A stretch of DNA of 63,446 nucleotides, the filler included, from Globobulimina sp. (Eukaryota), in assembly GCA_003354225.1 (NCBI GenBank). It is 23 parts of 23 records of this genome, joined end to end, with 100 filler letters (N's around TTAATTAATTAA, not from the genome) between each part and the next. Parts side by side here need not be neighbours in the genome. Positions count along the whole stretch, not along the records: positions 60,787 to 63,446 come from PIVH01005484.1; 22 more parts are not named here. One strand, written 5' to 3'. The position numbers were made by a program, and so were the translations under genes. The notes under the pieces were generated by a model. It was not told the DNA's origin, did not search any database, and saw nothing but the letters and a program-made list of their open reading frames with translations. Shown here one piece after another: positions 63,072-63,446 of this stretch. Position 1 is the stretch's first letter; every line of letters begins with the position of its first letter.

Positions 63072-63446
63072 GTATGTTTCACTTGTTTTTTGGTTGACAA
63101 TATACATATATTCGTATACAATATGCACAGTCAATGCGTGGTGGCTTTTTGGATGGTTTCGGAAATAATAAAATCCCACAAATACAAATCTCTTATTCAC
63201 CGCCGTTAATTATGTGTATATGTATAGTATTTGTGAGCAAATATAGATAAATATAAATATATTAGCATTCCCTCAATGCCATCAAATAATAAATATGCAA
63301 CTTTGGAGCAGGGACATAATGATTTTGTGTATATGGGACATAGTGAGATGAAGAAAGAGCACATTTTGGAGAAGAAGGCATTGTATAAAATGGAGTGAGA
63401 TCGGCAATGTAAAGAGTTGCAAGAAAAGAAGATGAGCGAAAAACTA

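Noticed and set aside
1-63446. Alternative genetic code or stop-codon readthrough
   Set aside because: Conserved genes (TBCB, RPS6, ABCB, PFK) translate in the standard code, and ORF breaks are explained by GT-AG introns or isolated frameshifts.

Overview
This window is not one locus. It is 23 short contigs (about 2.66 kb each, size-sorted) joined by artificial 100-nt linkers (N44-TTAATTAATTAA-N44), so synteny only holds within a contig. The DNA is AT-rich and eukaryotic, uses the standard code and has short (about 53-86 nt) GT-AG introns. The gene-family mix resembles a foraminiferan/Reticulomyxa-like rhizarian, which is an inference. Recognisable genes include RPS6, TBCB, PPi-PFK, the queuosine salvage enzyme, an ABCB half-transporter, GH65, cyanophycinase, an AIFM2/FSP1-like oxidoreductase, a caspase-like protease, a PH-RhoGAP-RPEL protein, a ZnF-PUB-RasGEF, several GPCR-like proteins, an RLE-type non-LTR retroelement fragment and MITE-like inverted repeats. 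Three observations stand out. (1) Contig 16588-19251 has an exact 119-nt terminal overlap, i.e. a 2545-bp circle or tandem unit. It carries three complete genes (NMNAT-like, a spliced 60-aa Cys/His micro-protein, an ORF spanning the junction) and nested inverted repeats. (2) An 11-bp motif, GTGCRAGGATA, occurs 8 times, only in introns and intergenic DNA, in either orientation. (3) Two members of a family carrying a toxin-like ADP-ribosyltransferase-fold domain are present.
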